This document shows, one piece after another, positions 29,781 to 39,570 of a stretch of DNA of 64,000 nucleotides. The DNA comes from Promethearchaeia archaeon (GTDB lineage: Archaea; Asgardarchaeota; Lokiarchaeia; Sigyniarchaeales; SOKP01), in contig JAWOCD010000006.1 of NCBI GenBank assembly GCA_046483985.1, positions 32,001 through 96,000 of the forward strand, read 5' to 3'. A program made the position numbers and the translations under genes. Positions within the stretch are counted from its first letter, which is position 1. Every line of letters begins with the position of its first letter. The notes below the pieces were generated by a model. That model was given only the letters and a program-made list of their open reading frames with translations. It was not told where the DNA came from and made no database searches.

Positions 29781-30758
29781 TTACTCATTAGGGTTAATCA
29801 TCAATTTAAAGGTGGATTTTTGATTGAGCGTGGTTTCTGTCGGGTTAGCGGGGATAAGTTTTATCAATGGATATCGAAAGGCTAAAAATAAGGAAATACC
29901 CCTTAGCCTTTTATTATCGAGGTAAAGCGGTAAGTTTTTGAATTTATAAAAGTAAAAATTATTATACCCTCCATTTATATGACCAACTTCCTTTGTTCCT
30001 AAATATATTGGGCTATGTAAATATTCGTTATCAAATTTTCGATTGAAAAGAGCAATCCCCTTTTCATAAATAGGAAATCCACCATCTAAGATACATTTAT
30101 CCTCTTTTAGGTGGCCAGAAAGACCAAATATGCCACTAAATTGAGTATAAAAGCGAGTGGATGCTTTTGCTAAATAATATTGTGAATATATTGACTCAAT
30201 TTTTACAGGAATAGGTAGAGGTGTATAATTATGATTATTTTCTTCCTTTTCATGGAGCTTAAACGACAAGTGAGATAAATTGAGGGGAATTTCCACCCCT
30301 CCTCGAGCACGGAAAGGATTTTCTTTCCTTCGAATTTCCAAATGTATGTGGGGGCTCGACCACGGGGCAAAATACCCATTTTTAATCGTCGTTCCCAATT
30401 CATCTCCAGTATTAACGAAGGTTCCTTTCTTAACCTTTGGTTTAACATGAAGAATTTTATATATAATCTCTGGGTCCTTTGTATTTTTTATAAGAATTAC
30501 ATATTCATTAGAAATCCCTCCTTCGAATCCAGGAGTTGGTGCCTTCAAGATCCTTGTATCTATGACTTCCCCGGTAACAGGACTAAAAGCTGTAAAGTTT
30601 TTTAGAGAAAGATCCTGATAGATATCGAGAGCAACGCCATGTTGGTGAGCATGATAAGGGGATGTTGCAAAACTAAAATAACTAATTCCTTGTAGAGAAA
30701 TCTGTAAAGTATCACTTTTTATCAATGTAACAAAATTTGAACATTTCATATCACTCAT
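29781..30758 (-). CDS. Archaeal M23-peptidase-like hypothetical protein
   Basis: H...ALDIY, SPVTGEV, KILHV, GDELG, HIHLE. Confidence 0.65.
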   Translation of the reverse strand: MSDMKCSNFVTLIKSDTLQISLQGISYFSFATSPYHAHQHGVALDIYQDLSLKNFTAFSPVTGEVIDTRILKAPTPGFEGGISNEYVILIKNTKDPEIIYKILHVKPKVKKGTFVNTGDELGTTIKNGYFAPWSSPHIHLEIRRKENPFRARGGVEIPLNLSHLSFKLHEKEENNHNYTPLPIPVKIESIYSQYYLAKASTRFYTQFSGIFGLSGHLKEDKCILDGGFPIYEKGIALFNRKFDNEYLHSPIYLGTKEVGHINGGYNNFYFYKFKNLPLYLDNKRLRGISLFLAFRYPLIKLIPANPTETTLNQKSTFKLMINPNE

Positions 30759-30792
30759 CTTATCTTTGTCTGGAAACCTATTTTAAGCAAAA

Positions 30793-31287
30793 TTATTGTT
30801 CAAGAACATATTGACGGATTAAGTCTCTAACTTCCTCCGCCAAACTTTGGTCTAAATTCTGTTTTTTATATTCTTCCTCCACCCATGTACAATAGGAATT
30901 TGGAAAATAAATAGACCTAAGCAAATTGACTGGTTTTCCTTGAAATGTCATATTTACCAATTTGAAGTCAAAGGGAAACGCAAAACAATAAAGCGGTTTT
31001 ATTTCATGGATGGTACATAATCCTTCTTTTTTATCATAATAGTAGCAATGGTTTTTTTTATATAGCCTCAATAAATGGCACTGTCCAGTTTCATACAACT
31101 TAACCCCTCCTAAATCTGCTTCATTATTTAAAAGCAGTTCATAATCACCTTTCAAAAGCGGGATCCGTTCAATATTTCGAGTGCAACAAGATTTTTTACA
31201 TTGTAAACATTCAAACTTAGCTTTTCTTTGCAATTCAAGGATCTTTTCTCTGATAATTTTGTATAAAGATGAGTTTTTTTCTCCCAT
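30793..31287 (-). CDS. YkgJ-family cysteine-cluster protein
   Basis: FECLQCKKSCC ... C.YYD....CTIHEIKPLYCFAFPF. Confidence 0.88.
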   Translation of the reverse strand: MGEKNSSLYKIIREKILELQRKAKFECLQCKKSCCTRNIERIPLLKGDYELLLNNEADLGGVKLYETGQCHLLRLYKKNHCYYYDKKEGLCTIHEIKPLYCFAFPFDFKLVNMTFQGKPVNLLRSIYFPNSYCTWVEEEYKKQNLDQSLAEEVRDLIRQYVLEQ

Positions 31288-31522
31288 ACTACCACTTAAT
31301 ACGAATAAATATAAGAAAATTTTAAAATGAATTTATGAAAAAACAAATGCTAAAAGAATAAATCGCATTACCATTTTAAAGGCGAAAGTTTATAATTTTC
31401 TAATTCTTATATAAAATAGCTCATTTAGAGCAATTTAATATTTAACACCAATTTTTGAGATTGGTTCAACTTGGAACATTAAAATAACCAATACTCAAAA
31501 ATTGCAAAATAAATGAATAGAA

Positions 31523-31789
31523 ATGAAAGAAGGTACAGTAAAGTGGTTTGATAGCCGTAAAGGCTACGGTTTTATTACTACAGAAGAGGGAGAAGATGTT
31601 TTCGTTCATTATTCCGCAATTGAGGGGGATGAAGACGATTTTAAAACCCTCAATGAGAACGATGTTGTTGAATTCGAAGTCACTGAGGGAGATAAAGGCC
31701 CTCAAGCAAACAATGTTGTCGTTGTAGAAAAAGCAAATCCTTATGATCAAGGCGAAGGCGAAGGCGAAAATCGAAGATTTCGATTTTAA
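31523..31789 (+). CDS. Cold-shock domain protein
   Basis: [32 protein letters not shown]. Confidence 0.95.
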   Translation: MKEGTVKWFDSRKGYGFITTEEGEDVFVHYSAIEGDEDDFKTLNENDVVEFEVTEGDKGPQANNVVVVEKANPYDQGEGEGENRRFRF

Positions 31790-31929
31790 ATTTGTTTTTA
31801 ATTTTGTAGCAATAACCTATCTGAAGAAATAAATGAATAAGTAGTAAGTAAACTGTTATTGAAACTTATCTTTTTTTTTAAATTTTTTTTATTTTTTTTT
31901 GTTGTAGGTAATATATTTTTGTCAGCTCT

Positions 31930-32442
31930 ATCCTATCAGTAATGAAATTCACTAGGTGTCACTATTCTTTAATTAGCAGGCCGGCGAGGTACACCAAGAA
32001 CAACTGGCCGTTGTTAATCTCTTGGACCTCAACGGTTTTTCCCGCTAATTTATAATCTATTTTATAATAGTTCCCCTTATAGGCCATTGTGCCATTATGG
32101 AGTATCTTGCGGGTTTTCCGCTTCCGCTGGGCTTTCACTTGATAGGGATGAGTATAGCCCAGTGGCACTTCAAATTTCTGAGCTTTATAGGAAATCTCAT
32201 TGTATGACGTAATTCCTTCACTTCTTCATACAGATTTAGATTGTATAAATAGATATAAATCCCGAAAGCATCTCATATTTCTCATTTTTGAAATGTCAAA
32301 TTTCATTACTGTTCTATAGAACAGTTGTCAAAAGATCGGCGATGAAAAGATTCCGAAGAAGAGAGAATTTACTGACATTTTCAATTACTGATCACCGTGG
32401 GCAGTAATGATTTAAGTGTCAGGTTTTTAATTACTGATCACA
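31930..32442 (-). mobile_element. Internally deleted IS481-like remnant
   Basis: Residual frame RKRKTRKILHNGTMAYKGNYYKIDYKLAGKTVEV resembles an IS481 transposase C-terminus; end reads ...attactgatcACA at 32442 (TGT on minus); repeated cagtaat/attactg motifs near both ends. Confidence 0.65.
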
Positions 32443-32513
32443 TTTTTTAGTTCTCATTTCTTTGATCTATACGATTTAAATTAACTAATTACTTTATTTT
32501 TAATAATCCGAGT

Positions 32514-33845
32514 ATGAACCTTGAATTTGCGTCTTCACTCTTAATAATCGAGACCAGCCAATTTATCATTATGATTTTGGCAACTATAGTTATAACCATA
32601 GCTATCCGGAAGAGAAATCAATTACATATTTTATTCTTCGCGTATGCGTTTCTCAGTATTGGATTTCTTTTTTCCGTTATTGAATTATTTAATCCCGCTT
32701 ACGAAATTTTAACTGTCTTATTTTATCTTTTTGCGACTCTTTTTCTGGCCGGAACAATCTTTTATGAATATTATAAGCTGTTTTTAAGGAATAATTATGA
32801 TAGAAATACGCTCTATTTAATAGTACTCTTTATTTTAATAAGTTTTTTCAGTTTTTTCAGTCTAAAAGTCCTTATTTTGGCACTTCTCGTCATTGGTATT
32901 ACATTGAGTCTAATAATATACTCTAAAAAAGGAACAATTACTTTTGGTTTTTTTAGCGTCTCAATGATCATCGCATTTGTAAGCATCCTCTCAATTCTCA
33001 TAGAGAATGCAGGATTTCCATGGGCTTATGAGCTTCGTCAGAGTTTGGGACTATTTTTGGCAGCTTCAATGTTAGGGACAGCTTTAGTGGGCATTTTGGA
33101 ATATCAAATGGAAAAATCAGATATACAGTATCGAAAAATCTATAATAAAGCAGAATTATATAAAGATATATTTATTCACGATGTCAGCAATATTCTTCAA
33201 TCCATTTTAAGCGCAACTGAAATTTGTACATTAAAGATTCCCACCAATATTAGGGAAGAAATAAGAGAGGATTTATTACAATTACTTGAAACAATAAAAC
33301 TGCAAGTAAATAGAGGGTCAGATTTGGTATCCAATATTGAATTGCTTTCAAAGTTAGATTTAAAAAAAATGTCCGTCAAAGAAATAAACTTAGATGAACA
33401 AATACAAATAGCAATTAATAAAGTAAGGGAAGTTTTTTCGCATAAAAATTCAAACATAGAATATCAAATCGAGAATAAAGAGATATTTGTAAAAGCAAAT
33501 GAGGCTCTTTCTGAACTCTTTTACAATATTCTAAGTAATTGCTTTATCCATAACAAGAATCCAGAAGCCCAAATTGAGATTCAAGTGTCTAAGATATCAA
33601 AAAGTGGTGAGCATTACGTTACCATTAAAATTTCAGACAACAGCATCGGAATTAATGATGTTTTTATAAAGGAGATTGATCGGATTAAATATAACGTAAT
33701 TAATAGGGATATGCGCTTAGGATTAGGATTAATTTTTGTTTTTAAATTATTATCTTATTACGGAGGTCACGTTAAAATAGAAAATCGGGAAAAAGGGGGA
33801 AATATCGAAGGAATTGAGTTTTTTATTTCCCTTTTAGAAGCATAA
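32514..33845 (+). CDS. Membrane sensor histidine kinase
   Basis: About 7 TM helices, FIHDVSNILQ H-box, NILSNCFIH N-box, DNSIGI, LGLGL. Confidence 0.88.
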   Translation: MNLEFASSLLIIETSQFIIMILATIVITIAIRKRNQLHILFFAYAFLSIGFLFSVIELFNPAYEILTVLFYLFATLFLAGTIFYEYYKLFLRNNYDRNTLYLIVLFILISFFSFFSLKVLILALLVIGITLSLIIYSKKGTITFGFFSVSMIIAFVSILSILIENAGFPWAYELRQSLGLFLAASMLGTALVGILEYQMEKSDIQYRKIYNKAELYKDIFIHDVSNILQSILSATEICTLKIPTNIREEIREDLLQLLETIKLQVNRGSDLVSNIELLSKLDLKKMSVKEINLDEQIQIAINKVREVFSHKNSNIEYQIENKEIFVKANEALSELFYNILSNCFIHNKNPEAQIEIQVSKISKSGEHYVTIKISDNSIGINDVFIKEIDRIKYNVINRDMRLGLGLIFVFKLLSYYGGHVKIENREKGGNIEGIEFFISLLEA

Positions 33846-33846
33846 A

Positions 33847-33889
33847 TTGATCAACATTTTAACATCTTGATCAACATTTTAACATCTTG
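33847..33889. repeat. 20-bp tandem duplication between convergent genes
   Basis: ttgatcaacattttaacatc x2, followed by ttg. Confidence 0.9.
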
Positions 33890-33891
33890 GT

Positions 33892-35874
33892 TTACTTTTT
33901 ATGTAGCTTTTTTCGGAAGTCTTTAAAGAATCCCAATGATTCTGGATTGCGAAGGGCATTCCGGTTTTCTATGGGTTTTCCGTCTAATATTTTTGAGACT
34001 GCTACTTCAACCTTCTTATCACTATGCGTATATGGTAAATCTGCCGCTTCTGCTATTATATCTGGAACATGGCGCGGAGAGCCTCGTGCTCGGAGGGTGT
34101 TTTTCATTTTTTCTTTCAGTCGTTCATTTAAAACGTAATCTTCCTTTAATTTCACAAAAAGAAGGATTTCAACATCTTCATCTAACCTATGTCCAACTGC
34201 TAAACTATCATCCACTTCAGGGAAATTTTCAATTATGTTGTATATTTCTGATGTTCCAATTCGAACACCTGATGGTTTAAGAACTGAATCAGAGCGCCCC
34301 CAAAAGGTAATTCCTCCATTATCACTATGAAAGACCACATAATCTCCATGTCTCCACACATTTTTTCCCAAACCTTTGTAAAAATTAAAATAGGTTTCCT
34401 TATATTTCGACATTTTTTCATCATCACCCCAGAAATAGATGGGCATTGATGGTGTTGGCGTTTCACACACTAATTCCGCACGCTCATCAAGAACGGGTTC
34501 TGCATTTTCATTATATGCTTTAATTTCCATTCCTAAGGCTGGGCCTTGAATTTCCCCAGAATAAACGGGCTTAATCGGAACAGCTGCAGCAAAACATCCG
34601 TTTATATCTGTACCTCCAGAGATTGAGTTAAAAAATAAGTCTTTTTTAATATCCGTATAGATATATTCAAATCCTTCTGGGCTGAGAGGACTTGCTGTTT
34701 GTGAGATTTCTCTTAGAGAGGTTAGATTAAACTCTTCTTTCGGGGACACCTTTAACCCTTTTAAATGATGGATATAAGATGCACTAGTTCCAAAAATAGA
34801 GATTCCATACTTTTCTATTAAACTAAACATAGTCTTCCAATCAGGGTAAAAAGGATTTCCATCATATAAAAGTATAGTTGCGCCAATCCCTAATGAACTC
34901 ATTAACCAGTTCCACATCATCCATGAAGGAGCCGTAATATAATTAATAATGTCGTCTCTTTTTAGATCTGTATGAAATTTAAGTTCCTTCAAATGATTAA
35001 TCAATACGCCTCCCGCACTCTGAACCATACATTTTGGTTTTCCAGTTGTTCCCGATGAGAACATAATATAGACAGGATGATTGAAGGGTAATTGTTTAAA
35101 GTTTATTTGAATATCAGATTTATCTGAGAGAAAATCGTCCCAATGGACCGAATTTCTAATATCATCAATTTTTGGATGATCAGAAATGTAAGAGCAAACG
35201 ATTACCTCCTCAACGGAAGTAAGACTTTCGACTACTTTTTTCGCTTTAGAAATAGTATCAAATTCTTTCCCTCTATAAAAATAGCCATCTACAGTGAAGA
35301 TAATTTTTGGATCAATTTGTTCAAATCGATCTAAGACAGCACGAGGACCTAATTCCGTTCCACAAGAGCTCCAGATAGCCCCAATACTTGTCGTAGCGAG
35401 CATCGCAACAGCCGTTTCAATTAAGTTTGGCATATAAGCTGCAACCACATCTCCGGGTTTAACTCCTAAGTCTTTCAGAGATTGAGATAAACGCGCAACT
35501 TCTTGATGGAGTTGGGCATACGTCATTTTTTTAGTAATCTTATCTTCACCTTGAAAAATAAATGCCAATTGATCATCATTATAACGTAACAAGTTCTCCG
35601 CAAAGTTCAATTTGGCCCCAATAAACCACTGAGCACCTGGAAATTTTTCTATATCATCGATAAGCCGTTCATAAGACTCAGAAGCAATAATATCTAGGTA
35701 TTCCCATGTGGCCTCCCAAAACTCAGAAATGTGTCCTATAGACCACAAATATAATTCGTCATAAGTTTTAATAACTAATCCGTACTTTTCGCTTATAAAT
35801 TCTATAAATTTTAAAATTTCTGATTGGTTAATCCATTCCTCAGAAGGTTTCCATAAAAGTTTTCTCACAGACAT
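33892..35874 (-). CDS. Acetoacetate--CoA ligase
   Basis: WF.GA.LNFAENLL, YIMFSSGTTGKPKC, WMMWNWL, SISGGTD, WRHGD, GRSD..LKPSGVRIGT.EIY, SPRHVP. Confidence 0.93.
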   Translation of the reverse strand: MSVRKLLWKPSEEWINQSEILKFIEFISEKYGLVIKTYDELYLWSIGHISEFWEATWEYLDIIASESYERLIDDIEKFPGAQWFIGAKLNFAENLLRYNDDQLAFIFQGEDKITKKMTYAQLHQEVARLSQSLKDLGVKPGDVVAAYMPNLIETAVAMLATTSIGAIWSSCGTELGPRAVLDRFEQIDPKIIFTVDGYFYRGKEFDTISKAKKVVESLTSVEEVIVCSYISDHPKIDDIRNSVHWDDFLSDKSDIQINFKQLPFNHPVYIMFSSGTTGKPKCMVQSAGGVLINHLKELKFHTDLKRDDIINYITAPSWMMWNWLMSSLGIGATILLYDGNPFYPDWKTMFSLIEKYGISIFGTSASYIHHLKGLKVSPKEEFNLTSLREISQTASPLSPEGFEYIYTDIKKDLFFNSISGGTDINGCFAAAVPIKPVYSGEIQGPALGMEIKAYNENAEPVLDERAELVCETPTPSMPIYFWGDDEKMSKYKETYFNFYKGLGKNVWRHGDYVVFHSDNGGITFWGRSDSVLKPSGVRIGTSEIYNIIENFPEVDDSLAVGHRLDEDVEILLFVKLKEDYVLNERLKEKMKNTLRARGSPRHVPDIIAEAADLPYTHSDKKVEVAVSKILDGKPIENRNALRNPESLGFFKDFRKKLHKK

Positions 35875-35940
35875 TTATTTATTCCTCCTCATTATTCATA
35901 AATTGTATTCTCTCGATTTTAAAGAGAGCAATTTCATGGT

Positions 35941-36073
35941 TTTATCAAGTTCGTATCCCATTCTATTCACTTGGTTACTAAGATAATACCAACCAAATAT
36001 AAAAATGTTTGTATAATATACGAAATTCATCCCCACCCTAAAGGGATGGGGACTTCTTTCGCAGATCGTTAAA
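35941..36073 (-). mobile_element. IS605 left-end copy including the first codons of tnpA
   Basis: About 133-bp near-identical direct repeat of 38673-38806; hairpin tccccaccctaaagggatgggga; shared outer TTTAA (minus strand). Confidence 0.9.
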
Positions 36074-36334
36074 TTAAGAATTGAGCTTTTATATAATTTT
36101 GAAATATTTTTTATTTATATTTTTAAAACTTATCCTCGCATGATTTCCTCAAATCTAAGGGAAGAATAAAAATAAATAAGGGGTTTTTAAAAATCTGTAT
36201 AGAAGAATAGATAAATGATAACTGAAAGTAAAGGGGATTAGCAAAATTAAAAATTATCCAGAAACTTCGATGAATTTGTTTTCCTATTAAATAATACTAT
36301 CTTATTACATAAAAAAATCAATTTAAAATGAATT

Positions 36335-37216
36335 ATGAAAATACTCGATATATTGGATTTGAAATATGAAGCAGGACCCTTTCTTCTTCGAGCAATTTTG
36401 GACAGATATTTAATTTTATTTACATATTCGAAGACGTCCAGAAAGGAGATGGAAGATTTATTATTAAGTGTTGAGAGACTCTTAAATTTTAGAGAAGTTT
36501 TTTATTACAATAAAACTCATTTAACAAAGAAAAATATACAAGATGCGGCTGATATTAGAGCATTAATTGAAGCTCAAATGGAAGAAAAAACTCACACTTT
36601 CACAATTCTCGGAGAGATCCAAAATCCACGGAGCTTCATCAAAAAATTCTATAATCATGAAAGTTCCATACCTGAACTTTTATTATTAAAAGGATGGATT
36701 TTATTATGTAGTGGAAGAAAATCTGAAGATTTTATTTCTCTCTTAAAGGAAAGAGGGTTTACCTACCTATTGGTAGATTTTGATAACTTGTTAATAGATT
36801 TAGAGAATTCAAAAGGTTTGAATGGAAACGATCTTTCCTTCGAAAGGTTTATTCTATCTTCAATGCATAATTCTTTGGATGAACTAAATCTTGTATATAA
36901 TGTAATAAGAGATGAGAGCCTTAAGTTTAAGATATCATCGAATCATCTATCAGAAATTATTGAGGTACAAAATTCTGAAAGATTTACTAAGGCTCAAACC
37001 TTACAGATGCATTTTTTCCAATTACATATTGCTGCATTAAAATTCTATAAGGTTTTTTGTTCCATAAGTAACATAAAAAACTTAAGTATAAGGGAAGTTG
37101 AGATTCAAAACTCAATTGTTCTTGAACATATTAAAAGATTAGAAAGACCTAAAGAAATCTCAACCGAAAGAATAAAAACATACATAAAAAACAACTTCAA
37201 TATGGAAATCAAATGA
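36335..37216 (+). CDS. Hypothetical protein
   Basis: 293-aa ORF with ATG start; no motif recognised. Confidence 0.7.
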   Translation: MKILDILDLKYEAGPFLLRAILDRYLILFTYSKTSRKEMEDLLLSVERLLNFREVFYYNKTHLTKKNIQDAADIRALIEAQMEEKTHTFTILGEIQNPRSFIKKFYNHESSIPELLLLKGWILLCSGRKSEDFISLLKERGFTYLLVDFDNLLIDLENSKGLNGNDLSFERFILSSMHNSLDELNLVYNVIRDESLKFKISSNHLSEIIEVQNSERFTKAQTLQMHFFQLHIAALKFYKVFCSISNIKNLSIREVEIQNSIVLEHIKRLERPKEISTERIKTYIKNNFNMEIK

Positions 37217-37244
37217 TTCATTCAAAATCAGAAAAGTAATCAAA

Positions 37245-38216
37245 ATGGAAAATTATTCTGAAGTATCAATCCAAGATTTAAATTTAAGAGACGCTGCAAG
37301 GTACCTCTATTGCTTGGTTAATCGGATACCCATTTTTAATATCTTAAAACTGGATTCCGGGAGATTGGATCCCTTAGATTTGATTCAATTCAGAAATAAA
37401 AAAATATTTGGACTCAATTTTTATAAAACCAGTGAATTTAAGAAAAGATTACATAATGAAAAAGAAGTTGCCTATTATACAAGATGTATTTTTTATTGTC
37501 ATGAGGAAAATGTTAGAGAATGGATTAAATTTATTAAGGAATTAATACAAAGCATCAAACTAAGAAAAAATAGAAAATTAAAAGATAAAGAATCCAAAAC
37601 TTCAAAATTAACAAGAGAGGACCTATTAAGGGGGTGGGTAATTGATATTTCAGCAGAGTACTACAACGAGATTAAAAAAACTATTACGTGTCTGTTTCCA
37701 AAATATCTTATTTTTCACACAATGACAAAAGAAGTTACAATAAAAGGCTTTTCGTCCAGTTTTAAGAAGAAAATCTCATTTGAAAGGGAACTCATAAATG
37801 AAATATATCAAAACAAAAAAGTCGAGAAAAAAACCCAGAAATTGATTAATTCGATTTTACCAAGAAAATTGCGAAAAGACCAATTGATTTCATTCATCTC
37901 TTCCCAGCTTACAAAAGAATTAGAAGAGATTGAAATAAAGTCCAAAATTTCAAATTTGTATAATGCTTCTCGGAAAGCTTATCTTCTCATATCTAAGCTG
38001 GCTCAATTGCATAAAATTAATCCCAAAAGAAAAATTCCCAAAATTTCGGTAATTACATTAAAAAATTATTTAAATCTAAAGTCTGAAAGGGGAAATAACA
38101 TATATGTAAACAGGATTCTTGATTTCATCAACGGGGAATGGGGTTTTAATTTAAACGAATATATTAGTTATAAACGGTCTTCACGAGCAGCAGATATGAT
38201 ATCAGATATGTTTTAA
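37245..38216 (+). CDS. Hypothetical protein (basic)
   Basis: 323-aa ORF 28 nt after the previous gene; no motif recognised. Confidence 0.7.
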   Translation: MENYSEVSIQDLNLRDAARYLYCLVNRIPIFNILKLDSGRLDPLDLIQFRNKKIFGLNFYKTSEFKKRLHNEKEVAYYTRCIFYCHEENVREWIKFIKELIQSIKLRKNRKLKDKESKTSKLTREDLLRGWVIDISAEYYNEIKKTITCLFPKYLIFHTMTKEVTIKGFSSSFKKKISFERELINEIYQNKKVEKKTQKLINSILPRKLRKDQLISFISSQLTKELEEIEIKSKISNLYNASRKAYLLISKLAQLHKINPKRKIPKISVITLKNYLNLKSERGNNIYVNRILDFINGEWGFNLNEYISYKRSSRAADMISDMF

Positions 38217-38806
38217 CTATTCCAAAGTACTTGTAATTGTTCTTCCGTAGGATATATCCGAGTTTTTTGACTTAATTGCACTTTCTATTCACCTTGTGAT
38301 TCAACATATTTTTTCAATTGATCTAATGTAACTTGACCGGTCGTAACCAAGAGATAACTCGGAGACCATAAATGCCCATCCATTAATTTTTCTTTTATCT
38401 CTGGAAATTCTTGAAAAAGGTATCGTGAAGAGACTCCTTTCAACGAATTGATGATTTTTGTAAGGTGGGTCGTTGGTTTCGTTTTGAATATAATGTGTAT
38501 GTGTTCAAGATCGGTTTCTTGGTTAAGAATTTTAATCTCATTTTTTTCCGCTAACGATATATTAATTTCTTTTAATCTATTGATTATTTCATCGGTATCG
38601 AATATCTTTCTTCGATTTTTTACACAACAGATGTAATGGTAGTTTATTTAATGAATACACCGAATGAGCACCTTTATCAAGTTCGTATCCCATACTATTT
38701 CACTTGGTTACTAAGATAATACCAACCAAATATAAAAATGTTTGTATAATATACGAAATTCATCCCCACCCTAAAGGGATGGGGACTTCTTTCGCTGATC
38801 GTTAAA
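38214..38806 (-). mobile_element. Truncated IS605 element: left end, frameshifted tnpA and tnpB 5' stub
   Basis: Left-end hairpin near 38763-38785; tnpA 38285-38693; tnpB stub from GTG 38281 reading VQLSQKTRIYPTEEQLQVLWNS*. Confidence 0.9.
38285..38693 (-). pseudogene. tnpA: IS200/IS605 HUH transposase, frameshifted
   Basis: MGYELDKGAHSVYSL / NYHYICCVKNRRKIF...EHIHIIF...LKGVSSR...LWSPSY...KKYVESQGE*; a 4-nt TAAA duplication near 38643-38650 breaks the frame. Confidence 0.92.
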
Positions 38807-38881
38807 GGGGGTAAGATATAATGAAAAATTATGAAAATATATCAGTAAAGGAATTAAAAAAAAGAAAAGGAAAATTAGAAA

Positions 38882-39457
38882 TTAAGAATGAAGTTTTTTT
38901 AATGTCCATGCAATATTTTTGCCTAGAGTTTTAAAAGTCTCAAGCCCTTCATCATCCTTTTTTACGTCGCCAGGTTCTTTCCCATAACCTAAGTTCCAAT
39001 AGCTTGACCCTACAACGATCATCTCGGCGATGAGAAAGAAATAGTTAAGTGTTTCAAACACATGAGCTCCACCACCCCTTCGGACAGAGACAACAGCAGC
39101 TCCTACCTTTCTCTTTAAAGAATCATCATTTGCCCTGCATACATAACCCGCCCGTTCAATTAATGCCTTCATAGGTGTACTTACATCAGCAAAATAGGTT
39201 GGAGAGCCAAGAATAATACCGTCAGATTCCAGCATTTTCTTTATGTATAGATTCATTTCGTCGCTTTCTAAAACGCACTTTTTGTCTTTATTCTTCCCAC
39301 AAGCTCCACAAGCAGTACATCCTTGGAGATTTTTTTGACCAATCCAAATGTATTCGCAATCAATACTTTCTGATTCCAACTCATTCATAATTAGATTGAG
39401 CGAATAAGTGGTATTGCCTTCTTTCCTCTGACTACCATTAAATAAAACCACTTTCAT
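38882..39457 (-). CDS. Iron-sulfur flavoprotein (flavodoxin-like, Isf family)
   Basis: NGSQRKEGNT, CTACGAC......C, GSPTYF, RRGGG. Confidence 0.92.
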   Translation of the reverse strand: MKVVLFNGSQRKEGNTTYSLNLIMNELESESIDCEYIWIGQKNLQGCTACGACGKNKDKKCVLESDEMNLYIKKMLESDGIILGSPTYFADVSTPMKALIERAGYVCRANDDSLKRKVGAAVVSVRRGGGAHVFETLNYFFLIAEMIVVGSSYWNLGYGKEPGDVKKDDEGLETFKTLGKNIAWTLKKLHS

Positions 39458-39570
39458 AGTATGGAGAGTAATTGTTCTTCTCTAATATTTTTTAATTTTA
39501 ATCCCCATGAATTTATTGAATAATTGTTTTTAATTATATAAAGAATAGTAAAATTTGGTTCAATTTATTT

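Noticed and set aside
38448-38636. 62-aa plus-strand ORF
   Set aside because: Antisense to the tnpA pseudogene.
23542-38806. One 15-kb IS605 composite from the left end at 38806 to the right end at 23542
   Set aside because: The middle of tnpB is missing, the interval holds ordinary housekeeping genes on both strands, and several independent remnants explain the pattern more simply.
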